Position numbers and translations under genes: made by a program. Below the pieces are notes generated by a model, which saw only the letters and a program-made list of their open reading frames with translations, did no database searches and was not told the DNA's origin. A stretch of 62,137 bases of DNA from Spirochaetia bacterium (GTDB taxonomy: Bacteria; Spirochaetota; Spirochaetia; CADAEX01), in NCBI GenBank assembly GCA_017535435.1, contig JAFXTY010000049.1, positions 1-62,137 on the forward strand. The letters are read 5' to 3'. Shown here one piece after another: positions 18,467 to 27,590 of this stretch; position 1 is the stretch's first letter, and every line of letters begins with the position of its first letter.

Positions 18467-19684
18467 TTATTCCTTAGCAAAAATCTTGTTAAGCGTTTTT
18501 CCCATTCTCTCGACCATACCGACAACAAGTGCATTTCCCATGCAGAAATATCTGAACCTTTCAGGCATTCCAGTGTTTGTCCAATCATCAGGGAATCCTT
18601 GAATTCTTTCTGTTTCAACAGGAGTCAGAATACGAAGCTTTTTACTTTTTATATCTTTAACAACATGAGTACTTCTATTTAATGTTCCTTCTGATGTAAG
18701 CATCGTCCGAGCAGGGCTATCTAAGTTGTCAGGAAAAGCTATTGGCCCTTCGCTAAAAGTGTATGAAAAACCAGTCTTAGCTTTTCTTTCTATTCTTTTG
18801 GCACCTTTAAGGAAAACCCATTTTTCCATAACTTTGTCATCAATAAAATATTTTTTATCAGCACTTTTTTCCAATATGCTTCTAAGTGGTATTGGCAACT
18901 CAAGTATAGGAGATGTTTTTGCTGTAATAATCTTTCCTTTTGACATATATCCAGAATTCTCAAAAGCAAATTTGAAATTATCTGAAACATCTGAAATATC
19001 ATCAGAGTCAATCTCGCACTCTGTAAACTTTTTAATGACCTCTATCGGAAATGTTTTTGCAAAAAAACCTGCTTTCTGCATGATATCTTCAGCTGTCTTC
19101 TTTTTCTGAGTTATCCCATATTTTGCGCTGTTTTTATATGCAAAAATATAGGTTCTTCTTCTGCGCTGTTGACCACCATATTCTGCAGCATTAACAACCC
19201 GCCATTCTACTGAATAATCCAATGCATCAAGACAAGCTAAAATAATACCAAAATCACGACCTCTCTGTTTTGAAGGAGACTTTAGCAGCCTATCAACATT
19301 CTCAAGAAGCACAAAAGGTGCATTTTTAGCAATCAAGGTATCTCTAATCTGCCACCAAAGGACACCCTTTTTACCCTCAATGCCTTTTTCGCCGTAAAGA
19401 GATCTTGCTACAGAATAATCCTGGCATGGAAATCCACCCACCAAGAGATTATGATCAGGAATTGTACTTTTATCGACACAAGCAATATCAATACCAGTAT
19501 CAGAATTGACATCACCAAAATGCCTTACATAACAGTCATGAGCCCACTGCACCTTCTTCCCTGGCTCCCATTGCGAGAACCATACAGTTTTCCATTCTTT
19601 TGAGGCAGCTTCTAATCCAAGCCGGAATCCTCCGACTCCTGCAAATAACTCACATACTGTTTTTTTCAACATTTTTATATCCAT
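18467..19684 (-). CDS. dcm: DNA (cytosine-5) methyltransferase, M.Sau3AI-like
   Basis: ELFAGVGG, GGFPCQDYSVA, ENVDRLLKSP, QRRRR, ERIQGFPDDWT, MGNAL. Confidence 0.95.
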   Translation of the reverse strand: MDIKMLKKTVCELFAGVGGFRLGLEAASKEWKTVWFSQWEPGKKVQWAHDCYVRHFGDVNSDTGIDIACVDKSTIPDHNLLVGGFPCQDYSVARSLYGEKGIEGKKGVLWWQIRDTLIAKNAPFVLLENVDRLLKSPSKQRGRDFGIILACLDALDYSVEWRVVNAAEYGGQQRRRRTYIFAYKNSAKYGITQKKKTAEDIMQKAGFFAKTFPIEVIKKFTECEIDSDDISDVSDNFKFAFENSGYMSKGKIITAKTSPILELPIPLRSILEKSADKKYFIDDKVMEKWVFLKGAKRIERKAKTGFSYTFSEGPIAFPDNLDSPARTMLTSEGTLNRSTHVVKDIKSKKLRILTPVETERIQGFPDDWTNTGMPERFRYFCMGNALVVGMVERMGKTLNKIFAKE

Positions 19685-19710
19685 TTGAATTTATAACATA
19701 TTTTTTTACA

Positions 19711-19746
19711 AAAAAAAAGTAGCAAGGGTGAGTCCTACCCCTGCTA
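19711..19746 (-). terminator. Hairpin/terminator containing 16-bp repeat copy 2
   Basis: Minus strand TAGCAGGGGT-aggactc-ACCCTTGCTA then a T-tract. Confidence 0.6.
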
Positions 19747-19788
19747 TAAGTTTCTTAATCCAGACTTTAACTGCAACTGAAAAACTTC

Positions 19789-19950
19789 CTAGTCTGGGAT
19801 GATTTCATAGCCTTCCTCAATGTCATCACCGCACCATTCGCATGTCTGCCCTTCATCCTTATCAAAGCTGACTTCCAAGGTTGCAACTTTCCCTTCTCTG
19901 CTCTCAATAGCTCTCAAACAATCAAAACAAACTATCATGTTTTCTATCAT
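19789..19950 (-). CDS. 53-aa CxxC...CxxC zinc-binding microprotein
   Basis: AGAGGAG RBS; MIENMIVCFDCLRAIESREG...TCEWCGDD. Confidence 0.65.
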   Translation of the reverse strand: MIENMIVCFDCLRAIESREGKVATLEVSFDKDEGQTCEWCGDDIEEGYEIIPD

Positions 19951-19999
19951 AACAATCTCCTCTTTTCTTATATCTTCTTTCCCGATATACTTCTCCCAT

Positions 20000-20386
20000 A
20001 TGAAGACCATCCATGTAGTAGCAGCCATCATTATCAAGGACCACAAGCTCTTTGCCACCCAGCGGGGTTATGGCGAGTTCAAGGATGGCTGGGAGTTCCC
20101 AGGTGGCAAGGTGGAGCCAGGTGAGACTCCTCAGGATGCCCTTAAACGGGAGATCCGGGAAGAACTGGCCACAGAGATAGCGGTGGACAACTACATCAGT
20201 ACCATCGAATACAACTACCCCACTTTTCACCTCTCCATGGAGTGTTATGCCTGCTCAATAATTTCCGGCAGGCTGGAACTTCTGGAGCACGAGAACGCAG
20301 CCTGGCTTTCTAAGGAAACCCTGCGATCTGTCTCATGGCTCCCGGCAGATATCTGCATACTGGATAAGGTAGAAAGGTTACTTTAG
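20000..20386 (+). CDS. MutT/NUDIX (d)NTP pyrophosphohydrolase
   Basis: WEFPGGKVEPGETPQDALKREIREEL Nudix box; start MKTIHVVAAII. Confidence 0.93.
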   Translation: MKTIHVVAAIIIKDHKLFATQRGYGEFKDGWEFPGGKVEPGETPQDALKREIREELATEIAVDNYISTIEYNYPTFHLSMECYACSIISGRLELLEHENAAWLSKETLRSVSWLPADICILDKVERLL

Positions 20387-21282
20387 TCCTTATGCCGTTC
20401 ATCTATCATTTCATCGATTGCTTCATTATTCTTCCAATCCTTTGCACCTGGTTTGAGACCGCCAAGATCAAGTGGTTTCCACTTATTTAATCCTATCGCT
20501 TTATCGAACCGGTCCAGCACTTCCATCATGTCTGGCATAAGATAGTCCCGGCACTCGGCCAGCAGCTTCTTTGGCATGCCGTAGAAAGCCTCGGCAATAC
20601 CTCCGGTGATGCAGGCCTGGGTGTCGGCATCGCCGCCCAACGACACAGCAAGCCGTATGGCATCCTCGTAGTCCCTGCTGTCCAGGAAGGCCACTATTGC
20701 CTCGGGCACTGTCCCCTGGCAGGTCTCGTCGAACTCGTAGTCGGGCCTTATCTGGTCGCAGGTGCGTTCCAGGTTGTAGTCGAACTCCTTCTGGATGTAG
20801 TCCTTTATCTCATCCTTGCTCTTTCCTGTGCGGGCCAGGAATATAGCGGCCGCTGTGGCATCTGCACCGTCAATTCCGAAGGGATGGTTATGGGTCACCT
20901 CCGCAGTCCAACGGGCCACCTTCCTGGTTGTCTCCAGAGTATCGTAAAGCCAGCCTGCCGCCGACACCCGCATGGCGGAACCGTTGCCATAGCTGCCGTA
21001 AGGCTCGGTCATATCGGAGAAAAGCCAGTGATGGAACCGCCCGCCGTACCCTGCGAATGGATACTTTGCTCCCCACTTCTTGAAGCTCTTGATCAGGGCC
21101 TTCTTCACCTCTTCCTCCCCGGGATTCTTCCCGAACATCATAAGGGCTTCAGCCACAGCTATGGTCATGACCGAGTCGTCGGTGAACATGGAATCGTCGG
21201 TTAAAAGAGGGAAATCTGTTGTCTCTATGGGGTCAAACTCGTAGGGAGATCCTACGATGTCGCCTAAAATTGCTCCGTACAT
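20383..21282 (-). CDS. ADP-ribosylglycohydrolase family protein
   Basis: GAILGDIVGS, FTDDSVMT, SYGNGSAMR, TH, GGDADT. Confidence 0.93.
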   Translation of the reverse strand: MYGAILGDIVGSPYEFDPIETTDFPLLTDDSMFTDDSVMTIAVAEALMMFGKNPGEEEVKKALIKSFKKWGAKYPFAGYGGRFHHWLFSDMTEPYGSYGNGSAMRVSAAGWLYDTLETTRKVARWTAEVTHNHPFGIDGADATAAAIFLARTGKSKDEIKDYIQKEFDYNLERTCDQIRPDYEFDETCQGTVPEAIVAFLDSRDYEDAIRLAVSLGGDADTQACITGGIAEAFYGMPKKLLAECRDYLMPDMMEVLDRFDKAIGLNKWKPLDLGGLKPGAKDWKNNEAIDEMIDERHKD

Positions 21283-21388
21283 ATCTGCTCCTTTTTAAAT
21301 AATATAACACCTGGGGTGTAGCAAATAATGCTACATATAACAATTTTTTTATGGACAATTTTAATAGGCAGGAATAATATGGGGATAT

Positions 21389-22684
21389 ATGGAACAGCGG
21401 CTCAAAGTTTCTACCTTCCTTAAGTTCTGGGCACCACTTGCGCTCATGCAGGTGATAATGAGCTTCGAGTTTCCTGCCATAATCGCCTTCATCTCCCGCA
21501 TAGGAGATGCCAAGGAGAACCTGGCCATATTCACTGTGGTCACATCCCTCTCCCTTCTTCTGGAAGGTGTCATAATCCAGATGCTGTCCGCCGCCACTGC
21601 CCTCTGCGACAGCTGGAACAACTACCAGCGGGTGAAGCACTTCCTTCTCATAGTGCTGGCCCTGCTTGTGGCAACCCACCTTTTCTGCATCCTCCCGGGA
21701 CCTTTCGGCTTCATCGCAACCACGCTGCTGAGGATTGAGCCCGACTACATAGAGAGCACCCGCATAGCCTTCCTCCTCATGCTGCCCTGGGTTCCCACCA
21801 TAGGGGTGCGCCGGCTGTGGCAGGGTGTCCTGATACGGAACGGCAGGACAGGACTGGTCTCCATGATAACTGTCATAAGGATAATAGTCTGCATCGCGGC
21901 CCTTGCTTTCATGCTATCATTCAGGAACGTGCCTGGCTGCTATGTGGCCTCCATCGCTCTGAGTCTGGGTGTCACAGCCGGCGCCATATCGGCATACCTC
22001 TTTGCCCGCCCTATCCTTAGGGAGCTCCGCAATGTAGTGACCCCCGAGACCATGAGCTGGAGGGAACTGACCCTCTTCTACCTGCCCCTGGCCATGACAT
22101 CTTTCGTCACCGAGGCAGACCGCCCTATCATAGCCGCCGGCATATCCCGGGGACTGCTCCCTACCGAATCCCTGGCCGGATGGGGCGAGGTAATCTCCAT
22201 AATCTCTGTCTTCCGGGCCCTCTGCTACTCCACCCAGGAGGCATCAATAGCGCTGTTCAGCACAAAGGAGAACAACCAGGTGATCCGCAGGGCTGTGTTC
22301 AGGATCTGCGCCGTTGTATGCGGAACCTGCTTCTTCTGCATCTTTGTACCGCCGGTGCGGCAGTATATATTCATAAACATATCGGGTCTCACCCCGGAGC
22401 TTGCCCAACTCTGCAAGGTGCCTCTCATGGTAATCTCCATCACCCTGTTCACCTTCCCTGTGATTGCATGGCTCCGATCCGTGAACATTTACAACAAGAC
22501 AACACGGAACATAGGCTGGGCTGTCTTCATGAACCTGATCGCAGTGACCTTGGCTGTAGTCGTGCTGGACAACGGTTTCTCCATGCTGGGCCTTATGGTT
22601 GGTGCCATCAGCTACATCTTTGCCATGACAGCTGAGTCCGGCTACTTGACAATCAAGAACATTAGTAGTAATAATTCTTACTAA
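21389..22684 (+). CDS. MOP/MATE-superfamily membrane protein (ANKH-like)
   Basis: About 12 TM in two similar halves (FWAPLAL / FYLPLAM). Confidence 0.65.
   Translation: MEQRLKVSTFLKFWAPLALMQVIMSFEFPAIIAFISRIGDAKENLAIFTVVTSLSLLLEGVIIQMLSAATALCDSWNNYQRVKHFLLIVLALLVATHLFCILPGPFGFIATTLLRIEPDYIESTRIAFLLMLPWVPTIGVRRLWQGVLIRNGRTGLVSMITVIRIIVCIAALAFMLSFRNVPGCYVASIALSLGVTAGAISAYLFARPILRELRNVVTPETMSWRELTLFYLPLAMTSFVTEADRPIIAAGISRGLLPTESLAGWGEVISIISVFRALCYSTQEASIALFSTKENNQVIRRAVFRICAVVCGTCFFCIFVPPVRQYIFINISGLTPELAQLCKVPLMVISITLFTFPVIAWLRSVNIYNKTTRNIGWAVFMNLIAVTLAVVVLDNGFSMLGLMVGAISYIFAMTAESGYLTIKNISSNNSY
22646..22683 (+). promoter_or_regulatory. Internal promoter and Fur/PerR-type box for perR
   Basis: TTGACA (22646)-N18-AATAAT; near-palindrome TAGTAATAATTCTTACTA at 22666-22683 abutting the ATG. 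Confidence 0.6.
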
Positions 22685-23088
22685 TGAAAGCACAGAGATA
22701 TTCAAAACAGCGTGAACTTGTACTAAAGACTGTAAAGGCCAACCTAATACACCCTACTGCCCTGGAGATATATGGAATGACCAGAGCGGTGGACCCCACC
22801 ATAAGCATGGGAACTGTCTACCGGAACCTGAACCTTCTGGCAGAGCAGGGAAAGATACTCAGGATAAAGGTGCCCGGCGGTGCCGACCGTTACGACGGAA
22901 CCATAGAGCCCCACAACCATGCGGTGTGCACAAAATGCGGCATGGTCATGGACTACACCTTTGATTTTGACGGCTTGAGCAGTCAGCTGGAGAAGAGCGG
23001 CTTCAAGTGCGAGGAGCTGAACATCACAGTGCGCGGAACCTGTAAAAACTGCCTGACAAAGGCTTTAAATAACGACATGGAGGAATAA
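22684..23088 (+). CDS. perR: Fur-family repressor, PerR-like
   Basis: [31 protein letters not shown]; precedes rubrerythrin. Confidence 0.85.
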   Translation: MKAQRYSKQRELVLKTVKANLIHPTALEIYGMTRAVDPTISMGTVYRNLNLLAEQGKILRIKVPGGADRYDGTIEPHNHAVCTKCGMVMDYTFDFDGLSSQLEKSGFKCEELNITVRGTCKNCLTKALNNDMEE

Positions 23089-23089
23089 G

Positions 23090-23656
23090 ATGGCTAAATT
23101 TGTATGCCCTGTTTGCGGTTATGTATTTGAGGGAGCTGCTGCACCTGCAGTATGCCCTGTTTGTAAGTATGCTGGACCTGACTGGAAGAAGGTCGAGGGC
23201 GAGATGAGCTGGGCTGCAGAGCATGTAGTAGGCGTAGGAAAGAAGTTCGGACCAGACGTTCCGGCAGATGTCCAGGAGCAGATCATCAAGGGTCTCAAGG
23301 CTAACTTTGACGGCGAGTGCTGCGAGGTTGGTATGTACCTGGCTATGGCACGTGTTGCACACAGAGAAGGATATCCTGAGGTCGGACTCTACTGGGAGAA
23401 GGCTGCTTTCGAAGAGGCTGAGCATGCAGCTAAGTTCGCAGAGCTTCTGGGCGAGGTTGTAACCGACAGCACAAAGAAGAACCTGCAGATGCGTGTAGAC
23501 GCAGAGAACGGCGCAACAGCTGGAAAGACAGAGCTTGCCACCCTGGCCAAGAAATACAACCTGGATGCTATCCACGACACAGTTCACGAGATGGCACGGG
23601 ACGAGGCTCGCCACGGAAAGGCACTCAAGGGTCTTCTGGAGAGATATTTCAAATAA
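23090..23656 (+). CDS. rbr: Reverse rubrerythrin / NADH peroxidase
   Basis: N-terminal CPVCGY...CPVC rubredoxin domain, then EAEH and DEARH di-iron motifs. Confidence 0.92.
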   Translation: MAKFVCPVCGYVFEGAAAPAVCPVCKYAGPDWKKVEGEMSWAAEHVVGVGKKFGPDVPADVQEQIIKGLKANFDGECCEVGMYLAMARVAHREGYPEVGLYWEKAAFEEAEHAAKFAELLGEVVTDSTKKNLQMRVDAENGATAGKTELATLAKKYNLDAIHDTVHEMARDEARHGKALKGLLERYFK

Positions 23657-23675
23657 TCTGCTGCTTTATGCACGC

Positions 23676-23708
23676 AAGGGGCCAGGGTATACACTCTGGC
23701 CTTTTTTT
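23676..23708 (+). terminator. Intrinsic terminator
   Basis: GGCCAGGGT-atac-ACTCTGGCC-T7. Confidence 0.8.
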
Positions 23709-23724
23709 ATGTTATTTTATAAGT

Positions 23725-25449
23725 ATGAAATGGAATCTTACAAACATCTACAAGGGCTTTGACGACAGCGCCTATGAGGGCGATATAAAGGACTTTGCCG
23801 CTATCTGTTCTGAACTTAAGGAGCTGCTCTCCAAGGGTAAGAAAGAGAGCCTTGAGGAGGCGGTGCAGCTTATGGGACGGGCCATGGACCTGTTCGAGAA
23901 CCTCTACTCCTACGCCTATGCTGTGTTCTCTGTGAACACTGATGATGAGCGGGCCCTGCGGGAGATATCCCGTCTGGAGGAGGCACACCAGAAGCTGGCT
24001 GAGTGCGATGTCCTGTTCAACAGTCTGGTTAAAAAATACAAGAAATCAATTCCTGACATGCTGAGGAAAAGCCCAATCCTGGCAGAGCGTGCCCAGTTCA
24101 TAAAGGACTCTTTAGCAGAATCAGAGCACCAGCTTTCCGATGCTGAGGAGTCTCTGGCCCAGGCCATGAAGGCTGCCGGCGGCGATGCCTGGGGAAGACT
24201 GCAGGAGGCTGTGTCAGCTGCCCTGACCGGGGATGGCAAGAGCATAACAGAGCTGCGGAACCTGGCCTTCGACAAGAGCCGCAGTGTGCGCAAGAAGGCA
24301 TACGAGGCAGAGCTGGCCGCATGGAAGAGCATGGAGATTCCCCTTGCCTACTCCCTTAACGGAGTTAAGAAGACTGCGGCCACACTGGACTCCCGCCACA
24401 GCTGGAAGAACGCCCTGGACAAGGCTCTGTTCCAGTCCAGGATGTCGGCCAAGACTCTGGATGCCATGATCTCTGTGATGGAGGAGTCCCTCCCTGAGTT
24501 CCGCAAGTATCTCAATAAGAAAGCGGAGCTCCTTGGCATAAAGAAGCTGGCTTTCTACGACCTTTTCGCCCCTATCGGGGAGAAAGGCTTTGCACCAAAG
24601 GTATGGAGCTTTGAGGAGGCAAAGGATTATATAATCGAGACCTTCGGCAGCTTCTCTGAGGACATGGGGCTCTTTGCAAAGAACGCCTTTGCCAACAGCT
24701 GGGTGGATACACCGCCCCATGCAGGCAAGGTGGGAGGCGCCTACTGCACATCCTTCCCCATCGCCAAGGAATCAAGGGTTATGTGCAACTTCAGCCCTAC
24801 ATTCTCGGGAGTATCGACTATTGCCCACGAGCTGGGGCATGCATACCACTTCCACCTGCTGCGGGAGGAATGCGCCTTTGCCCGGGCCTACCCTATGACA
24901 CTGGCCGAGACTGCCTCCATTTTCTCCGAGACCATGCTGTACAACACGACAATCAGCAGGGCAAAGGGCTTTGAGAAGAAGTACCTTACCGAGATGTTCC
25001 TTATGGAGGTGACCCAGGTGATTGTGGATATCCTGTGCCGCTTCTATTTCGAGAAGGCTGTGTTCGAGAAGCAGAAGGATGGCCCCCTCTCCGCAGCAGA
25101 TCTGTGCGGCATGATGCTTGATGCCCAGAAGGCCACCTACGGCGATGCCCTGGATCCGAAGCTTCTCCATCCATATATGTGGGCTGTGAAGTGCCACTAC
25201 TACAGCTGCGACCTGGGGTTCTACAACTACCCTTATGCCTTCGGGCAGCTCTTCTCCATAGGGCTTTATGTAAAGTATCTTGAGGATAAGAAGAGGTTCC
25301 CTGCCCTCTATAAGAAAGTGCTCATGGCCACAGGACGCACCGACATAAAAGGTGTTGCCAAGATTGCCGGCATAGATGTGGAGAAAAAGGATTTCTTCCA
25401 GGAGAGTATGGGCTTTATAACCAGGATGATACGGAGCTTTCTGCGCTGA
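23725..25449 (+). CDS. pepF: M3B oligoendopeptidase F
   Basis: WNLTNIY start, GKVGGAYC, HELGH, LAETAS, FYNYPYAFG. Confidence 0.92.
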   Translation: MKWNLTNIYKGFDDSAYEGDIKDFAAICSELKELLSKGKKESLEEAVQLMGRAMDLFENLYSYAYAVFSVNTDDERALREISRLEEAHQKLAECDVLFNSLVKKYKKSIPDMLRKSPILAERAQFIKDSLAESEHQLSDAEESLAQAMKAAGGDAWGRLQEAVSAALTGDGKSITELRNLAFDKSRSVRKKAYEAELAAWKSMEIPLAYSLNGVKKTAATLDSRHSWKNALDKALFQSRMSAKTLDAMISVMEESLPEFRKYLNKKAELLGIKKLAFYDLFAPIGEKGFAPKVWSFEEAKDYIIETFGSFSEDMGLFAKNAFANSWVDTPPHAGKVGGAYCTSFPIAKESRVMCNFSPTFSGVSTIAHELGHAYHFHLLREECAFARAYPMTLAETASIFSETMLYNTTISRAKGFEKKYLTEMFLMEVTQVIVDILCRFYFEKAVFEKQKDGPLSAADLCGMMLDAQKATYGDALDPKLLHPYMWAVKCHYYSCDLGFYNYPYAFGQLFSIGLYVKYLEDKKRFPALYKKVLMATGRTDIKGVAKIAGIDVEKKDFFQESMGFITRMIRSFLR

Positions 25450-27514
25450 AGACTTTAGCTATATCCTCGGCGTTCCTGGCCTCCAGTATCTTCTTCCTGT
25501 TCTCTTCCTGGCTCAGCACACCAGATACTGCAGCAAGCACCTGAAGGTGGGGCGCCGCCTCATCTGTTGGTGATGCTATAAGTACAAAGATCTGGGATGG
25601 CAGACCGTCCAGGGAGTCGAACTCGATTCCGCTCTTCTTCCTTCCTATTGCGATTGTAAGATGCTTGACTCCCTCGCTCTTGGCATGTGGGAATGCTATT
25701 CCGTGCTCCATGCCTGTGCTCATCTTCTGCTCCCGCTGCATTATGTCGTCCAGCAGGACCTGGCGGTCGGTGATGTTGTCCGATGTGCTCACAAGGTCCA
25801 CAAGCTCCAGGATTGCCTCGTCCTTGTTGGTGGCCTTAAGGTTGCAGATGATAAGGTCCTTGGAGATACGTCCCTGGAGAACCTCCATATCCACCTTCTT
25901 CTCCTTGGTCTCCGCCGATTCCTTCCTTGCCTCGGCAACAACCTCACGCTGATGCTGGTTGCTCTGCTCGGTGTCCATGAACCGCAGGAGAACTTCATAC
26001 ATAGAGGTCTTGAGGAACTGCTCGTGGCGCTCCTTGGTGGTTATGTCTATTCCCCTGCCATGCTGGGTTATCGTGAACACCATACGGTTCATACGGGCAT
26101 GGTAGATACCTTTGTCGCTGTCGATGGTGAGTACGAAGAAACCATCCTTGCGCAGGTCTGTGATAAGCATGTATGTAACCAGGTCGGCAATCTCCCTGGT
26201 CTTGAAATCCCAGTGGCAGGTCTTGGTGGCAGAGCTCTTGAGCTCTTTCCTTGTACCACGCTGGTTGCTCTTGAGGATTATGCTCAGGGCCGGAGGCGCT
26301 ATGATTGTGGTCACCAGTGTCATCATGATGACAACGCCGAAAAGCTGCTCGTTCAGAATTCCTGCTGTAATTCCGATACCTGCTATGATAAGGGCAACCT
26401 CACCACGAGGCACCATGCCGCATCCGATACGCATAGCACCGTGGATATTGAAGCCCAGGTAGAGTGCAGGCCAGCCGCATCCTATAAGCTTTCCAAGGAT
26501 ACAGGCCACTGTGTAGACCAGACCGAAGAGAAGGACATGGGCATCGAAAAGCTTGGCCACATGGACCATCATACCCATTACGCAGAAGAACAGCGGCACC
26601 AGGAATGCGGTGACACCCTCAAGCCGGTCGTGGATTATTGGCGCTATGTCGGTGCCGGAGAGGGCAAGGCCTGTTATGTAGGCGCCGATGATCATTGCAA
26701 GCCCCTGTTTCTCGAATATTCCTGCAAGGAGGAGGGCTATTCCGAAAGCGAATATGGAGAAGTCGTAGGAACTGCGGAATTTCTTCAGGAAGAAGGCAAT
26801 GCTCTTTGAACAGATAAGTGCCAGAGCAGAAAGGCCCAGCCAGATACCAAAGGCACGGATTGCTATGTTGAGTATGGAAGCGGCATTCAGATGGCTGCTG
26901 CTTCCGGACTGGTTCACTGCTGCCACAAGACCCATGACTATGGCCAGGAGCACGATACCCAGGACATCGTCGAACACAGCTGCGGCCAGGGTGGTGACTC
27001 CCTCGGGGGAATCCATCTTCTTCCTGTCCGATATTATGCGGGCTGTTATACCTACAGATGTGGCGGTGGACATTATGCCGAAGAAAAGGCACCGCTCGTC
27101 CCAGAAATGGGTGTGGAGGACTGCCATGCATGTTGCTGCGCCGAAGATGAAGGAGAATACTACACCGGAGATACCGATTATTCCGCCTCTTACCGAATAG
27201 CGGAGGAAAAGGCCCAGGTCGGTCTCAAGGCCGGAGTTGAACAGAAGGATGATGGAGGCAACCATGGCAAAGCCATAGAGCTCCGGAGTCACAGCCAGGG
27301 ATTCGGAATAGACAGGGAAAAGGCCCTGGGGGAAACCTGGGAGAGGAATGGCACCCAGGGCAAAAGGCCCTATCACAACACCGGACAGGAGCTCCCCTAT
27401 CACCGACGGGAATCCCAGCCTTTCTACAAGGCTGCCGAATATCTTTACTGCGAAAATAATTATGCTGATCTGAAATATAAGGGTGGTCATAAGACCTGTG
27501 ATATTTCCTTCCAT
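25415..27514 (-). CDS. CPA2 cation:proton antiporter fused to a C-terminal PTS EIIA (Ntr/Fru-type) domain
   Basis: ATSVGIT, AVFDDVLG, PRGEVAL; C-terminal REQKMSTGMEHGIAFPHA...HLQVLA. Confidence 0.88.
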   Translation of the reverse strand: MEGNITGLMTTLIFQISIIIFAVKIFGSLVERLGFPSVIGELLSGVVIGPFALGAIPLPGFPQGLFPVYSESLAVTPELYGFAMVASIILLFNSGLETDLGLFLRYSVRGGIIGISGVVFSFIFGAATCMAVLHTHFWDERCLFFGIMSTATSVGITARIISDRKKMDSPEGVTTLAAAVFDDVLGIVLLAIVMGLVAAVNQSGSSSHLNAASILNIAIRAFGIWLGLSALALICSKSIAFFLKKFRSSYDFSIFAFGIALLLAGIFEKQGLAMIIGAYITGLALSGTDIAPIIHDRLEGVTAFLVPLFFCVMGMMVHVAKLFDAHVLLFGLVYTVACILGKLIGCGWPALYLGFNIHGAMRIGCGMVPRGEVALIIAGIGITAGILNEQLFGVVIMMTLVTTIIAPPALSIILKSNQRGTRKELKSSATKTCHWDFKTREIADLVTYMLITDLRKDGFFVLTIDSDKGIYHARMNRMVFTITQHGRGIDITTKERHEQFLKTSMYEVLLRFMDTEQSNQHQREVVAEARKESAETKEKKVDMEVLQGRISKDLIICNLKATNKDEAILELVDLVSTSDNITDRQVLLDDIMQREQKMSTGMEHGIAFPHAKSEGVKHLTIAIGRKKSGIEFDSLDGLPSQIFVLIASPTDEAAPHLQVLAAVSGVLSQEENRKKILEARNAEDIAKVFSAESSVSSWL

Positions 27515-27590
27515 TTCTGCAACTCCGCCTGAATGTTATCCCTTTTTCCCAAACTTTACAACTCGCTTTTACCATGATATAATTCAATAG

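Noticed and set aside
23668-23724. N-terminal extensions given by the ORF track (pepF, hisS, NUDIX, XRE, BamD-like, GlnQ-like)
   Set aside because: They run through terminators, promoters or upstream genes; downstream starts fit family N-termini better.
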